Notes under the pieces: model-generated | Told to the model about the DNA's origin: nothing | The model's database searches: none | The model's input: only the letters and a program-made list of their open reading frames with translations | Made by a program: the position numbers and the translations under genes | Source: Malacoraja senta | Lineage: Eukaryota | Assembly (NCBI GenBank): GCA_038087875.1 | Contig: JAXLNO010000502.1 | Span: 1-64,000 of the forward strand | DNA length: 64,000 nt | Direction of reading: 5' to 3' | Shown: in pieces, positions 12,705-24,288 of the stretch | Position numbering within the stretch: the first letter of the stretch is position 1 | How the letters are laid out: each line of letters starts with the position of its first letter

Positions 12705-13170
12705 AGCGGGGCAGTGGGAGACACAGAGGGGCAGTGGGAGACACAGGCAGTGGGAGACACAGAGGGGCAGTGGGAGACACAGATGGGCAGTGGGAGACAC
12801 AGATGGGCAGTGGGAGACACAGAGGGGCAGTGGGAGACACAGCGGGGCAGTGGGAGACACAGAGGGGCAGTGGGAGACACAGCGGGGCAGTGGGAGACAC
12901 AGAGGGGCAGTGGGAGACACAGCGGGGCAGTGGGAGACACAGCGGGGCAGTGGGAGACACAGGGGCAGTGGGAGACACAGAGGGGCAGTGGGAGACACAG
13001 AGGGGCAGTGGGAGACACAGCGGGGCAGTGGGAGACACAGCGGGGCAGTGGGAGACACAGCGGGGCAGTGGGAGACACAGAGGGGCAGTGGGAGACACAG
13101 GGGCAGTGGGAGACACAGCGGGGCAGTGGGAGACAGAGCGGGGCAGTGGGAGACACAGCAGGGCAGTGGG
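12705..13170. repeat. Intronic minisatellite, 20-bp unit (ggggcagtgggagacacag[ac])
   Basis: Highly regular tandem array. Confidence 0.97.
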
Positions 13171-13425
13171 AGGATGGAGGGGTCAGCAGGGAGACAAGGG
13201 GATGGGGATAGAGGGGTCAGTGGTAGGGATGGAGGCGATGCTGTGGAGGGAGTTAAGGTCAGAGTGTAAGGGTTAGGGTCAGAGTGTCAGGGGCGAGGGA
13301 CAGAGTGTAAGAGTCAGGGGCGAGGGACAGAGTGTAAGAGTCAGGGGCGAAGGTCAGAGTGCATGGGGCGAGGGGCAGAGTGCAAGGGTCAGCGGTGAGA
13401 CTCGGGTGGGGGGAGGCGGCAATAC

Positions 13426-13587
13426 CTGGATGGCTCCGTTGCCGAAGCCGACAATGAGCTGGTGACCGTCGGCAGAGAGCGCCAGGCTGTAGATTCCCTG
13501 CGTGTCTCTGGTCAGCGGGATGGCGTGCCTCACCTTCAGCTGACTCGGCGGCTCCTTCTTCACCGAGTCCCTGGATCGAGAGGCCAT
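13426..13587 (-). CDS. WD40-repeat protein, coding exon 1: MASRSRDSVKKEPPSQLKVRHAIPLTRDTQGIYSLALSADGHQLIVGFGNGAIQ
   Basis: ATG at 13587 in a good context (ggcATGG); donor CAG|GTATTG; upstream acceptor at 13617 (poly-C tract, CTGAC branch point) implies a non-coding first exon. The seven exons sum to 1014 nt = 337 aa + stop. Confidence 0.9.
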
Positions 13588-14099
13588 GCCGGGGGCCCCT
13601 CACGCAGGTCGGGGGTGCTGGGGGGGGGGGGAGGAACAACGTCAGCCGGGGCACACCGAGCTGTGGGGTCTGGGTTACAGGGTGAGCAGTGGAGGGGTGC
13701 GGATAAAGTCAACGCTCTCAGGCTTTGCCCCAGCGTAGAGGATTCTAAAGCTAGAGGGCGCAGGCTTAAGGTGAGAGGGGAGGGATTTAAGAGGGGCCTC
13801 AGGGGCAACTTGTATCTGGAATGAGCTGCCAGAGGAAGCTGTAGAAGCGGATCGGCGGGGACATTGTTACAGACGCGGAGCCGTCGCTAAGTCAATCCCC
13901 TTCCTTCCTTCCTCCCTCCCTCCCTCCCTCCCTCCCTCCTTTCACTCTCTCCCTTCCCTTTCACCTCCCTCTCTCTCTCTCTCCCTTCCCTTTCTCTGCC
14001 CCCTGTCCCTTCCTCCCTCTCTCCTCCCCTCTCTCTCCCTCCCTCCCTCCCTCTCCAGGGACCGCGGGGCCGGCGATCCAGGGGGGCTGTGATCCGCCG

Positions 14100-14735
14100 A
14101 CGTGTCCTCACCCTTCAGCCGCTGTCCGTCTACCCGATCCCACTGGATCCCGGCCGGCGCTGCAGCCACTGGATCTCTCTCCCTCCGCCAATCCCGGCCG
14201 GCGCTGCAGCCACTGGATCTCCTCCTCCCTCCGCAATCCCGGCCGGCGCTGCAGCCACTGGATCTCCTCCTCCCTCCGCCAATCCCGGCCGGCGCTGCAG
14301 CCACTGGATCTCCTCCTCCCTCCGCCCAATCCCGGCCGGCGCTGCAGCCACTGGATCTCCTCCGCCAATCCCGGCCGGCGCTGCAGCCACTGGATCTCTC
14401 TCTCGCTCCGCCAATCCCGGCCGGCGCTGCAGCCACTGGATCTCTCTCTCCGCCAATGCCGGCCGGCGCTGCAGCCACTGGATCTCCTCTCCTTCGCCAA
14501 TCCCGGCCGGCGCTGCAGCCACTGGATCGCGAGTGGCGGGCGGCAGCCAATGGGAGCGCGGGCAGGACGGGGTTTGGGCCAATCAGGGCGGCGTTGCCGG
14601 GGCGACGGGATCGCGTCACAGTCGACGCTCAATGCGCCCTGGGGATTGGCCCAAAGCCCATGCGGAAGCGCCGGCCCATTGGCCGCTTGTGCGCCGGGGA
14701 TTCCCCTCCGTCCGGCCCCGCCCCCGAGCGGGAGC
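14100..14735 (-). promoter_or_regulatory. CpG-rich promoter / candidate non-coding exon 1 of the WD40 gene
   Basis: High CpG density; candidate donor AGG|GTGAGG at 14112/14111; CCAAT boxes near 14548, 14579, 14645 and 14678; GC box ~14714-14725; X-box-like GTTGCCGGGGCGAC at 14593-14606. Confidence 0.7.
14149..14527. repeat. ~9 x ~43-bp CpG-rich tandem repeat (cccggccggcgctgcagccactggatctc..ccgccaat)
   Basis: Directly visible tandem units with a variable CT spacer. Confidence 0.95.
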
Positions 14736-14764
14736 GACAGTGGGACAGAGAACTGACCAGTGAA

Positions 14765-15012
14765 TCCCACCTGCTCCATCAGATCCTCACAGAGACACCA
14801 CGACCCTCTCCGAGACAGATGTGTACAGCAATTCATTCTTCCCCCGCACAATTAAAGCATGGAATAATCTTCACCCTACCATAGTTACCCAACCAGATGC
14901 AACTAAATTTAAGGTAGCTCTTTCTTCCCAAAAACCCTTTCTGGCTTAAGTCTTCCCTCCACCACCTCCAGTTTAAATTCCATTTGGAATATTTTGGAGG
15001 ACCAAGAAACAA
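14765..15012 (+). mobile_element. LINE 3' end (FFPRTIKAWNNL... C-terminus; CR1/L2-related clade)
   Basis: Near-identical copy at ~30752-30933; ends in ccaagaa repeats. Confidence 0.65.
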
Positions 15013-15017
15013 GACAA

Positions 15018-15445
15018 GTGCGCCTCAAGTCACGGCAACCCTTTGCCACGCAAGCCCAAGAGATGCTCTGCACAACACCGGCTGACGCTTCTAAGGCCGC
15101 CTGGGTCAAGACGAGATGGAGAGACCAGTGGAAGTCAGCGGAACCATCTAGGCTACACCAGTACATCGATGACTCCATGGACGTCCCTTGGCCAGGATCT
15201 GCCCCGAAAGCAGTGGACAACCGCTTGAGGACAGGCATCGGATGCTATGGAGTAGCGATGAAGAGATGGGACCTCGTGGACAGCGCCTCCTGCGAGTGTG
15301 GGACCCAACACAGACAGTGGAGCACATAGTCACCAGTTGCCCCAAATGGTGAACGAGGTCTGATTGACCTGGACGATGACACGTTGGCCTGGCTCGCCTC
15401 AACGGATCTGCAGGTCTAAAAGACATACGACAGAAGAAGAGAAGA
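15018..15445 (+). mobile_element. RTE-clade retrotransposon 3' fragment
   Basis: RLKSRQPF...NRLRTG.GC...W....SCECG...EHIV..CP zinc-knuckle C-terminus; (GAA)n tail. Confidence 0.75.
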
Positions 15446-15858
15446 GAACAGTGGGGACAGAAACAGTGGGGACAGAGAACAGCGTGGACAGAGAACAGTG
15501 GGGACAGAGAACAGTGGGGACAGAGAACAGTGTGGGGACAGAGAACAGTGGGGACAGAGAACCGTGTGGGGACAGAGAACAGTGGGGACAGAGAACAGTG
15601 GGGACAGAGAACAGTGGGGACAGAGAACAGTGTGGACAGAGAACAGTGGGGACAGAGAACAGTGTGGGGACAGAGAACAGTGGGGACAGAGAACAGTGTG
15701 GGGACAGAGAACAGTGGGGACAGAGAACAGTGGGGACAGAGAACAGTGTGGGGACAGAGAACAGTGGGACAGAGAACAGTGTGGGGACAGAGAACAGTGT
15801 GGACAGAGAACAGTGGGGACAGAGAACAGTGGGGACAGAGAACAGTGTGGGGACAGAG
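15446..15858. repeat. Minisatellite (acagtggggacagaga, 16-18 bp)
   Basis: Tandem array; one unit also at 14737-14753, on the other side of the LINE insertions. Confidence 0.97.
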
Positions 15859-17363
15859 AGTTCAGCATGGACTGGAAGGGCCGAGATGGCCTGTTCTGTG
15901 CTGTAATTGTTATATGGTTATATAGGAGTTGGGGCTGGAGAGAGAGTGAGATCTGAGTGTGGGAAGAGGGCTATAGACCGGGAGATATAACTGGAAAAGT
16001 GTATGGTCGAGAGCGATGGAGGATATAACTGAATGTGTGGAGGTGTAGGGGCCTGGAGGTGGGTCATAGAGATGGGAAGGTTTATAGGGTCTGCAAATGG
16101 GAAATGAGCATTCAAAGGATGAGATAGGAGCAATGACCAGTGGTGAGATGGTGGGAGAATTGTGTGTCCATCAGGGTGGCGATGTTGGCAGGGGAAAGAG
16201 ATGTTTAGTTTATAATCGTCAACTGACAATTATAAACTAAAGGAACAATATTTAGCAGATATAAAGGAACAATATTTAGTGCAAAGATTTTACTTTATTA
16301 CCTTCCATCACAGTGAGGAATGTTGTTTCCACAGTGGTGATGCTTCTGTTAAATTTATTCTGTATTGTGTTCTTTTTTACTTGTATGGCTGTATGGTAAC
16401 TCAAATATTACTGTACCTTAATTGTTGCATGTGACAATACATGTGAACTTGAACTCGAACTAACATGAAAGTCCGAGTGAAAATCCAAAGACAAAGGTTT
16501 CCAGTGAGGTTGATGGTAGCTCAGGACTGCAATTAACATTATGAGAGGACTGTTCAATTGCCTGATAAAAGCTGGGAATAAACTGTCGCTGAATCTGGAG
16601 GTGTGTATTTTCAAATGTGTGTACCTCTTGCCTGATGGGAGAGGGGAGAAGAGGGAGTGACTGGTCCTTGATTATGCTGCTGGTCTTGTGAGGCAGCGTG
16701 AGGTGTAGATGGAGTAAATGGAAGGGAGGTTGGTTTGTGTGATGGTCTGGGCTGTGTCCACAACTATCTAAAAATTCTCGTGGCCTTGGATGGAGCTGTT
16801 CCCAACAATGCTGTGCTGCTTCCCAATAAAATGCCATCTCTATAAGCCCGTGAGGCTTGTAGGGGATATGCCGGACTTCCTAATCTCGTCCAGGAGAAAT
16901 TGATGGTGACATCAGTGTAGACCGGGCAGTGTTTACCACTTTGTTTCGTGAAATCGATCACTGTCTCTGTCTTGCTGATGTTATAAGAGAGGTTGTTAAC
17001 TTGGCACCATTGCAAAGTTCTCAATCTTTACCATACTCTATCTCATCATTATCCGATATCTGGCCCTCTGCAGTGGTGTCCTCTGCAAACGTGTAGGTTT
17101 AGTTGCATTGGTGTTTGGTGAATTTTAAGGAGTGTAGTGGGAGGTGGGCAAGGGAGCTTTGTGAATGGGGAGGGGGAGGGGGGAGGACAAGGCAGCTTTG
17201 TGAATAGGGGAGGGGTGGGGACACCAGCGCTGTGGGAGGGTGTCAAGAGTGTTTTATTGTCATGTCCCAGACAGGACAATGAAATTCTTACTTGCGGCAG
17301 CACAACAGAATACGTAAACATAGTACATAACGGGAGACAAAAAAGTTCCAGTGTGTATATATA

Positions 17364-18228
17364 GGGAGGTTTCACGGCAGTCGGGTCACGACCCCATGAC
17401 CCGTACTGTTGCTGCGCTACGCCAAGTGGATTACACGCGATGAACTGCAGGCAAGCATTTACCATTGTTTCCAGCGTCGCGGGCCCGTTAAAACCCGCCG
17501 AAATGGTCAATTTTGCGCTGTAAATAATTATGGAAATCGGGATAAGCGTGAGAGACATTTAGCCAACTTCAGAATTCAAAAAGTGAGGAGAAATGACGGT
17601 AGATAGAAGCGAGAGCTGAAGGGACAACAACAGCCAGAGTGCTTGGCGAACATTGGCCGTTTGCTCACTGCATTTCATCAACTAAGGCATTATTTGTGTT
17701 TTTTCTTGATTCCATTGGCATCTAAAAAGTTTCAGAAGGGATAATCGCCCTGGTTCTCGTGGGTTTTTACATACAAAATTAAAACGCCTCTGAAGCAAAA
17801 TTTACAACCAGATTTACCACTTCTGAGACTTTTTAGATACCAAAGAAATAAAAAACAAAACAAATAATGCCTTACCGTTAATGAAATGCAGCGAACAAAC
17901 GCGATAAATCCCAATATTTCCAATTCCGAATATCTGCACGGCCAATGTTCGCCAAGCACTTTAGCTGTTGTTGTCCCTTCAGCTCTCGCTTCTCTTTACC
18001 TTCATTTCGCTTCACTTTTGGGATTCTGAAGTTGGGTACATGTCTCTCACACTTACCCCAACTTCCACAATTTTTTTACAGCGAAAAAATTCAACATTTT
18101 GGCGGTTTTTAACAGGTAGGAAAGTACGCGTTTCTTGTATTAATAACATATACCGGAAGTTACGGATATCCTCCAGATGGATTGAGCGGCTCCGTGCGTC
18201 AAGCCCTATGACCCAGTGACCTTACGTG
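17364..18228. mobile_element. Non-autonomous DNA element (foldback/MITE-like) with long internal inverted arms
   Basis: 17487-17738 is an imperfect reverse complement of 17820-18113; the terminus is interrupted by the CR1 starting at 18229. Confidence 0.7.
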
Positions 18229-21200
18229 CATAGATACATACATAGATACATAGAAAATAGGTGCACGAGTAAGCCATTCGGCCCTTCGAGCCTGCACCGC
18301 ATTCAATATGATCATGGCTGATCATCCAACTCAGTATCCTGTACCTGCCTTCTCTCCATACCCCCTGATCCCATTAGCCACAAGGGCCACATCTAACTCC
18401 CTCTTAAAACATAGCCAATGAACTGGCCTCAACTACCCTCTGTGGCAGAGAGTTCCAGAGATTCGCCACTCTCTGTGTGAAAAAGTTTTTCCTCATCTCG
18501 GTCTTAAAGGATTCCCCCCTTATCCTTAAGCTGTGACCCCTTGTCCCTGGACTTCCCCAACATCGGGAACAATATTCCTGCATCTAGCCTGTCCAACCCC
18601 ATAAGAATTTTGTACGTTTCTATAAGATCCCCTCTCAATCTCCTAAATTCTAGCGAGTATAAGCCAAGTCTATCCAGTCTTTCTTCATATGAAAGTCCTG
18701 ACATCCCAGGAATCAGGCTGGTGAACCTTATCTGCACTCCCTCTATGGCTATAATGTCCTTCCTCAGATTTGGAGACAAAACTGTACGCAATACTCCAGG
18801 TGTGGTCTCACCAAGACCCTGTACAACTGCAGTAGAACCTCCCTGCTCCTATACTCAAATCCTCTTGCTATGCTGCACCTGCATGCCTACTTTCAATGAC
18901 TGGTGTACCATGACACCCAGGTCTCGATGCATCTCCCCATTTCCTAATCGGCCACCATTTAGATAATAGTCTGCCTTCCCGTTTTTGCCACCAAAGTGGA
19001 TAACCCTCACATTTATCCACATTATACTGCATCTGCCAAACATTTGCCCACTCACCCAGCCTATCCAAGTCACCTTGCAGTCTCCTAGCATCCTCCTCAC
19101 AGCTAACACTGCCCCCAGCTTAGTGTCATCCGCAAACTTGGAGATGTTGCTTTCAATTCCTCGTCCAGATCATTAATATAAATTGTAAAAAGCTGGGGTC
19201 CCAGCACTGAGCCTTGCGGTACCCCACTAGTCACTGCCTGCCATTGTGAAAAGGACCCGTTTACTCCTACTCTTTGCTTCCTGTTTGCCAGCCAGTTCTC
19301 TATCCACATCAATACTGAACCCCCAATACCGTGTGATTTAAGTTTGTATTCTAATCTCTTATGTGGTACCTTGTCGAAAGCCTTCTGAAAGTCCAGATAC
19401 AACACATCCACTGTTCTCCCCTATCCACTCTACTAGTTACATCCTCGAAAAATTCTATAAGATTCGTCAGACACGATTTACCTTTCGTAAATCCATGCTG
19501 ACTTTGTCCAATGATTTCACCACTTTCCAAATGTGCTGCTATCCCATCTTTAATAACTGACTCTAGCAGTTTCCCACTACCGATGTTAGACTAACTGGTC
19601 TGTAATTCCCTGTTTTCTCTCTCCCTCCCTTCTTAAAAAGTGGGGTTACGTTTGCTACCCTCCAATCCTCAGGAACTACTCCAGAATCTAAGGAGTTTTG
19701 AAAAATTATCACTAATGCATCCACTATTTTCTGGAGCTACTTCCTTAAGTACTCTGGGATGCAGCCTATCTGGCCCTGGTGATTTATCGGCTTTAATCCA
19801 TTCAATTTACCCAACACCACTTCCCGACTAACCTGGATTTCACTCAGTTCCTCCATCTCCTTTGACCCGCGGCCCCCTGCTATTTCCGGCAGATTATTTA
19901 TGTCTTCCTTAGTGAAGACGGAACCAAAGTAGTTATTCAATTGGTCCGCCATATCCTTGTTCCCCATGATCAATTCACCTGTTTCTGACTGCAAGGGACC
20001 TACATTGTTTTAACTAATCTCTTTCTCTTCACATGTAGTTCATCCATGCAGTCTTTAAATGCCTTCCATTGCATATCCACCGTCACCCTTTTAGAACTAA
20101 TTGCCAGTCAATCTTGGCCAATTCACGTCTCATACCCTCAAAGTTACCTTTCTTTAAGTTCAGAACCGTTGTTTCTGAATTAACAATGTCACTCTCCATC
20201 CTAATGAAGAACTCAACCATATTATGGTCACTCTTGCCCAAGGGAGCACGCACAACAAGACTGCTAACTAACCCTTCCTCATTACTCAATACCCAGTCTA
20301 GAATAGCCTGCTCTCTCGTTGGTTCCTCTACATGTTGGTTTAGATAACTATCCCGCATACATTCCAAGAAATCCTCTTCCTCAGCACCCCTGCAATTTGA
20401 TCCACCCAATCTATATGTAGATTGAAGTCACCCATTATAACTGTTTTGCCTTTGTTGCACGCATTTCTAATTTCCTGTTTGATGCGATCCCCAACTTCAC
20501 TACTACTGCTAGGTGGCCTGTACACAACACCCACCAGCGTTTTCTGCCCCTTAGTGTTTCGCAGCTCTACCCATACCGATTCCACATCCTCCAAGCTAAT
20601 GTCCTTCCTTTCCACTGCGTTAATCTCCTCTCTAACCAGCAACGCTACCCCACCTCCTTTTCCTTTCTCTCTATGCCTCCTGAATATTGAATATCCCTGG
20701 ATGTTCAGCTCCCAGCCTTGGTCACCCTGGAGCCATGTCTCCGTGATCCCAACTATATCATAATCATTAATTGCTATCTGCACGTTCAACTCATCCACCT
20801 TATTACGAATGCTCCTTGCATTGAGACATAAAGCCTTCAGGCTTGTTTTTACAACGCTCTTACCCTTATACAATTATGTTGAAAAGTGGCCCTTTTTGAT
20901 TTTTGCCCTGGATTTGTCTGCCTGCCACTTTTACTTTTCACCTTGCTACCTATTGCTTCCGCCCGCATTTTACACCCCTCTTTTTCTTTGCTCACCCATT
21001 TAAGAACCCCACCACCTCTTATTCTCTGTTTATTATTGTTTTCTTCTTTCCCCCCTACATGTTGGGTCTGAGTGCTTTCCTTCTCTGCCTCCTGCCTCAC
21101 ACCCTGTCTAATAGCATTCTCTATTTGAGTCCCTCCCCCAACCATTCTAGTTTAAAGTCTCCCCAGTAGCCTTTGCAGATCTCCCCGCCAGGATATCGGT

Positions 21201-21446
21201 CCCCACTCAGGTTCAAGTGCAACCCATCCTTTTTGTACAGGTCGAACCTTCCACAAAAGAGGTCCCAATGATCCAGAAATTTGAATCCCTGCCTTCTGCA
21301 CCAGTCCTTCAGCCACGCATTTATCCTCCACCTCGCTCCATTCCTACTCTCACTGTCGCGTGGCACAGGCAGTAATCCCGAGATTGTTACCTTTGCTGTC
21401 CATCTCTTTAACTCCCCTCCTTACTCCCTAAATTCTCCTTTCAGGA
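18229..21446 (-). mobile_element. CR1-type LINE, degenerate, spanning ORF1 C-terminus to 3' tail
   Basis: ORF1 esterase-like INAWLKDWCRRQGF.F.DHW..F......Y..DGLHLN (21121..21366); endonuclease CLNARS/ITETW/GDFN/SDH; RT pieces; multiple frameshifts and an internal deletion near 20035. Confidence 0.93.
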
Positions 21447-21819
21447 CCCCCCTATACACATGCACACAACCCCCCTATACACATGCACACAACCCCCTAT
21501 ACACATGCACACAACCCCCCTATACACATGCACACAACCCCCCTATACACATGCACACAACCCCCCCTATACACATGCACACATCCTCAGTAAGTAAACA
21601 AACATAGTGCAATAATAAAAATAGTCTGTTGTAGTTTCGAGTTTATTTGTTGTCGAGTTTAATAGCCTGATGGCTGGAGGGAAGCAGCTGTTCCTGAACC
21701 TGGACGTTACAGTTCTCATGCTCCTGTACCTTCTCCCGATGGCAGTGGTGAAATTAGTGTGTGGCCAGGATGGTGTGGGTCTCTGATGATGCTGGCTGCC
21801 TTTCTGAGGCAGCTACTCT

Positions 21820-24285
21820 AATAAATGGGAGGGGGAAGGTGGAGGAGAGGAAGGTGGAGGAGGGGGAGGGGGGAGGGGAGGGCACACATAAGCTTTGTGA
21901 ATGGGAGAGGTGGAGGGGGAGACCAGCTTTGTGAATGGGAGGAGGGGGGAGGGGGGAGGGGGAGCAGAGGAAGGTGGAGGAGGGGGGAGGGGGGAGAGGG
22001 GAGGGGGGAGGGGAGGGGGAGGGGGAGGGGGAAGGTGGAGGAGAGGAAGGTGGAGGGAGGGGGAGGGGGGAGGGGGGGAGGGGAGGGCACACATCAGCTT
22101 TGTGAATGGGAGAGGTGGAGGGGGAGACCAGCTTTGTGAATGGGAGGTGGGGGGGAGGGGGAGGTGGAGGAGAGGAAGGTGGAGGGAGGGGAGGGGGAGG
22201 GGGGAGGGGGAAGGTGGAGGAGAGGAAGGTGGAGGGGGAGGGGGGAGGGGGGAGGGCACACATCAGCTGTTGTGAATGGGAGAGGTGGAGGGGGAGACCA
22301 GCTTTGTGAATGGGAGGTGGGGGGAGGGGGGAGGGGAAGGTGGAGGAGGGGGAGGGTGGAGGGGGAGGGGGGAGGGGGAAGGTGGAGGAGAGGAAGGTGG
22401 AGGAGGGGGAGGGGGGAGGGGGAGGGGGGAGGGGCACACATCAGCTTTGTGAATGGGAGAGGTGGAGGGGAGACCAGCTTTGTGAATGGGAGGTGGGGGG
22501 GGGGGAGAGGAAGGTGGAGGGAGGAGGAAGGTGGAGGGAGGGGAGGGGGAGGGGGGAGGGGGAGGGGGAAGGTGGAGGAGAGGAAGGTGGAGGAGGGGGA
22601 GGGGGGAGGGGGGAGGGCACACATCAGCTTTGTGAATGGGAGAGGTGGAGGGGGAGACCAGCTTTGTGAATGGGAGGTGGGGGGAGGGGGGAGGGGGAAG
22701 GTGGAGGAGGGGGAGGGTGGAGGGGGAGGGGGGAGGGGGAAGGTGGAGGAGAGGAAGGTGGAGGAGGGGAAGGGGGAGGGGGGAGGGAGGGGAGGGGAGG
22801 GCACACATCAGCTTTGTGAATGGGAGAGGTGGAGGGGAGACCAGCTTTGTGAATGGGAGGTGGGGGGAGGTGGAGGAGAGGAAGGTGGAGGGAGGGGTGG
22901 GGAGGGGAGGGGGGAGGGGGGGAGGGGAGGGGGGGAAGGTGGAGGAGAGGAAGGTGGAGGGAGGGGTGGGGAGGGGGAGGGGGGAGGGGGGAAGGTGGAG
23001 GAGAGGAAGGTGGAGGGAAGGGTGGGGAGGGGAGGGGGAGGGGGAAGGTGGAGGAGAGGAAGGTGGAGGGAGGGGAGGGGGAGGGGGGGAGGGGGGGAGG
23101 GGGAGGGGAGGGCACATCAGCTTTGTGAATGGGAGAGGTGGAGGGGGAGACCAGCTTGTGAATGGGAGGTGGGGGGAGGGGGGAGGTGGAGGAGAGGAAG
23201 GTGGAGGGAGGGGTGGGAGGGGAGGGGGAGGGAGGGAGTGGGGGAGGGGGAAGGTGGAGGAGAGGAAGGTGGAGGGAGGGGTGGGGAGGGGAGGGGGAGG
23301 GGGAGGGGGAGGGGGGAGGGGGAAGGTGGAGGAGGGTGGGGAGGGGAGGGGGAGGGGAGGGGGAGGGGGAGGGGGGAGGGGGAAGGTGGAGGAGAGGAAG
23401 GTGGAGGAGGGGGAGGGGGGAGGGGGAGGGGAGGGCACACATCAGCTTTGTGAATGGGAGAGGTGGAGGGGGAGACCAGCTTTGTGAATGGGAGGGAGGG
23501 GGGAGGTGGAGGAGAGGAAGGTGGAGGGAGGGGTGGGGAGGGGAGGGGGAGGGGGGGGGGGGGAGGGGGAAGGTGGAGGAGAGGAAGGTGGAGGGAGGGG
23601 TGGGGAGGGGAGGGGGAGGGGAGGGGAGGGGAGGGGAGGGGGAGGAGAGGAAGGTGGAGGGAGGGGTGGGGAGGGGAGGGGGAGGGGAGGGGGAGGGGGG
23701 AGGAGAGGAAGGTGGAGGGAGGGGTGGGGAGGGAGGGGGAGGGGGGAGGGGGGGGGGGAGGGGGAGGGGGAAGGTGGAGGAGAGGAAGGTGGAGGAGGGG
23801 GAGGGGGGAGGGGGAGGGGAGGGCACACATCAGCTTTGTGAATGGGAGAGGTGGAGGGGGAGACCAGCTTTGTGAATGGGAGGAGGGGGGAGGGGGGAGG
23901 TGGAGGAGAGGAAGGTGGAGGGAGGGGTGGGGAGGGGAGGGGGAGGGGGAGGGGGGAGGGGGAAGGTGGAGGAGAGGAAGGTGGAGGGAGGGGGGGGGAG
24001 GGGAGGGGGGGAGGGGGGAGGGGGGAAGGTGGAGGAGAGGAAGGTGGAGGGAGGGGTGGGGAGGGGAGGGGGAGGGGGGAGGGGGGAGGGGGAAGGTGGA
24101 GGAGAGGAAGGTGGAGGGAGGGGTGGGGAGGGGAGGGGGAGGGGAGGGGGGGAGGGGGAAGGTGGAGGAGAGGAAGGTGGAGGAGGGGGAGGGGGGAGGG
24201 GGAGGGGAGGGCACACATCAGCTTTGTGAATGGGAGAGGTGGAGGGGAGACAGCTTTGTGAATGGGAGGAGGGGGGAGGAGATAC
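21820..24285. repeat. ~2.5 kb G/A-rich compound tandem repeat
   Basis: Runs of G/GGA with recurring anchors cagctttgtgaatgggag and ggaaggtggaggagaggaaggtggag. Confidence 0.97.
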
Positions 24286-24288
24286 CAC

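Noticed and set aside
3817..13587. Naming the WD40 gene WDR46 because of proximity to DAXX
   Set aside because: Length and motifs do not resemble WDR46/BING4 as I know it; left unnamed.
12565..15956. Repetitive ORFs over the 12.7, 14.2 and 15.5 kb arrays
   Set aside because: Minisatellite translations without splice or domain support.
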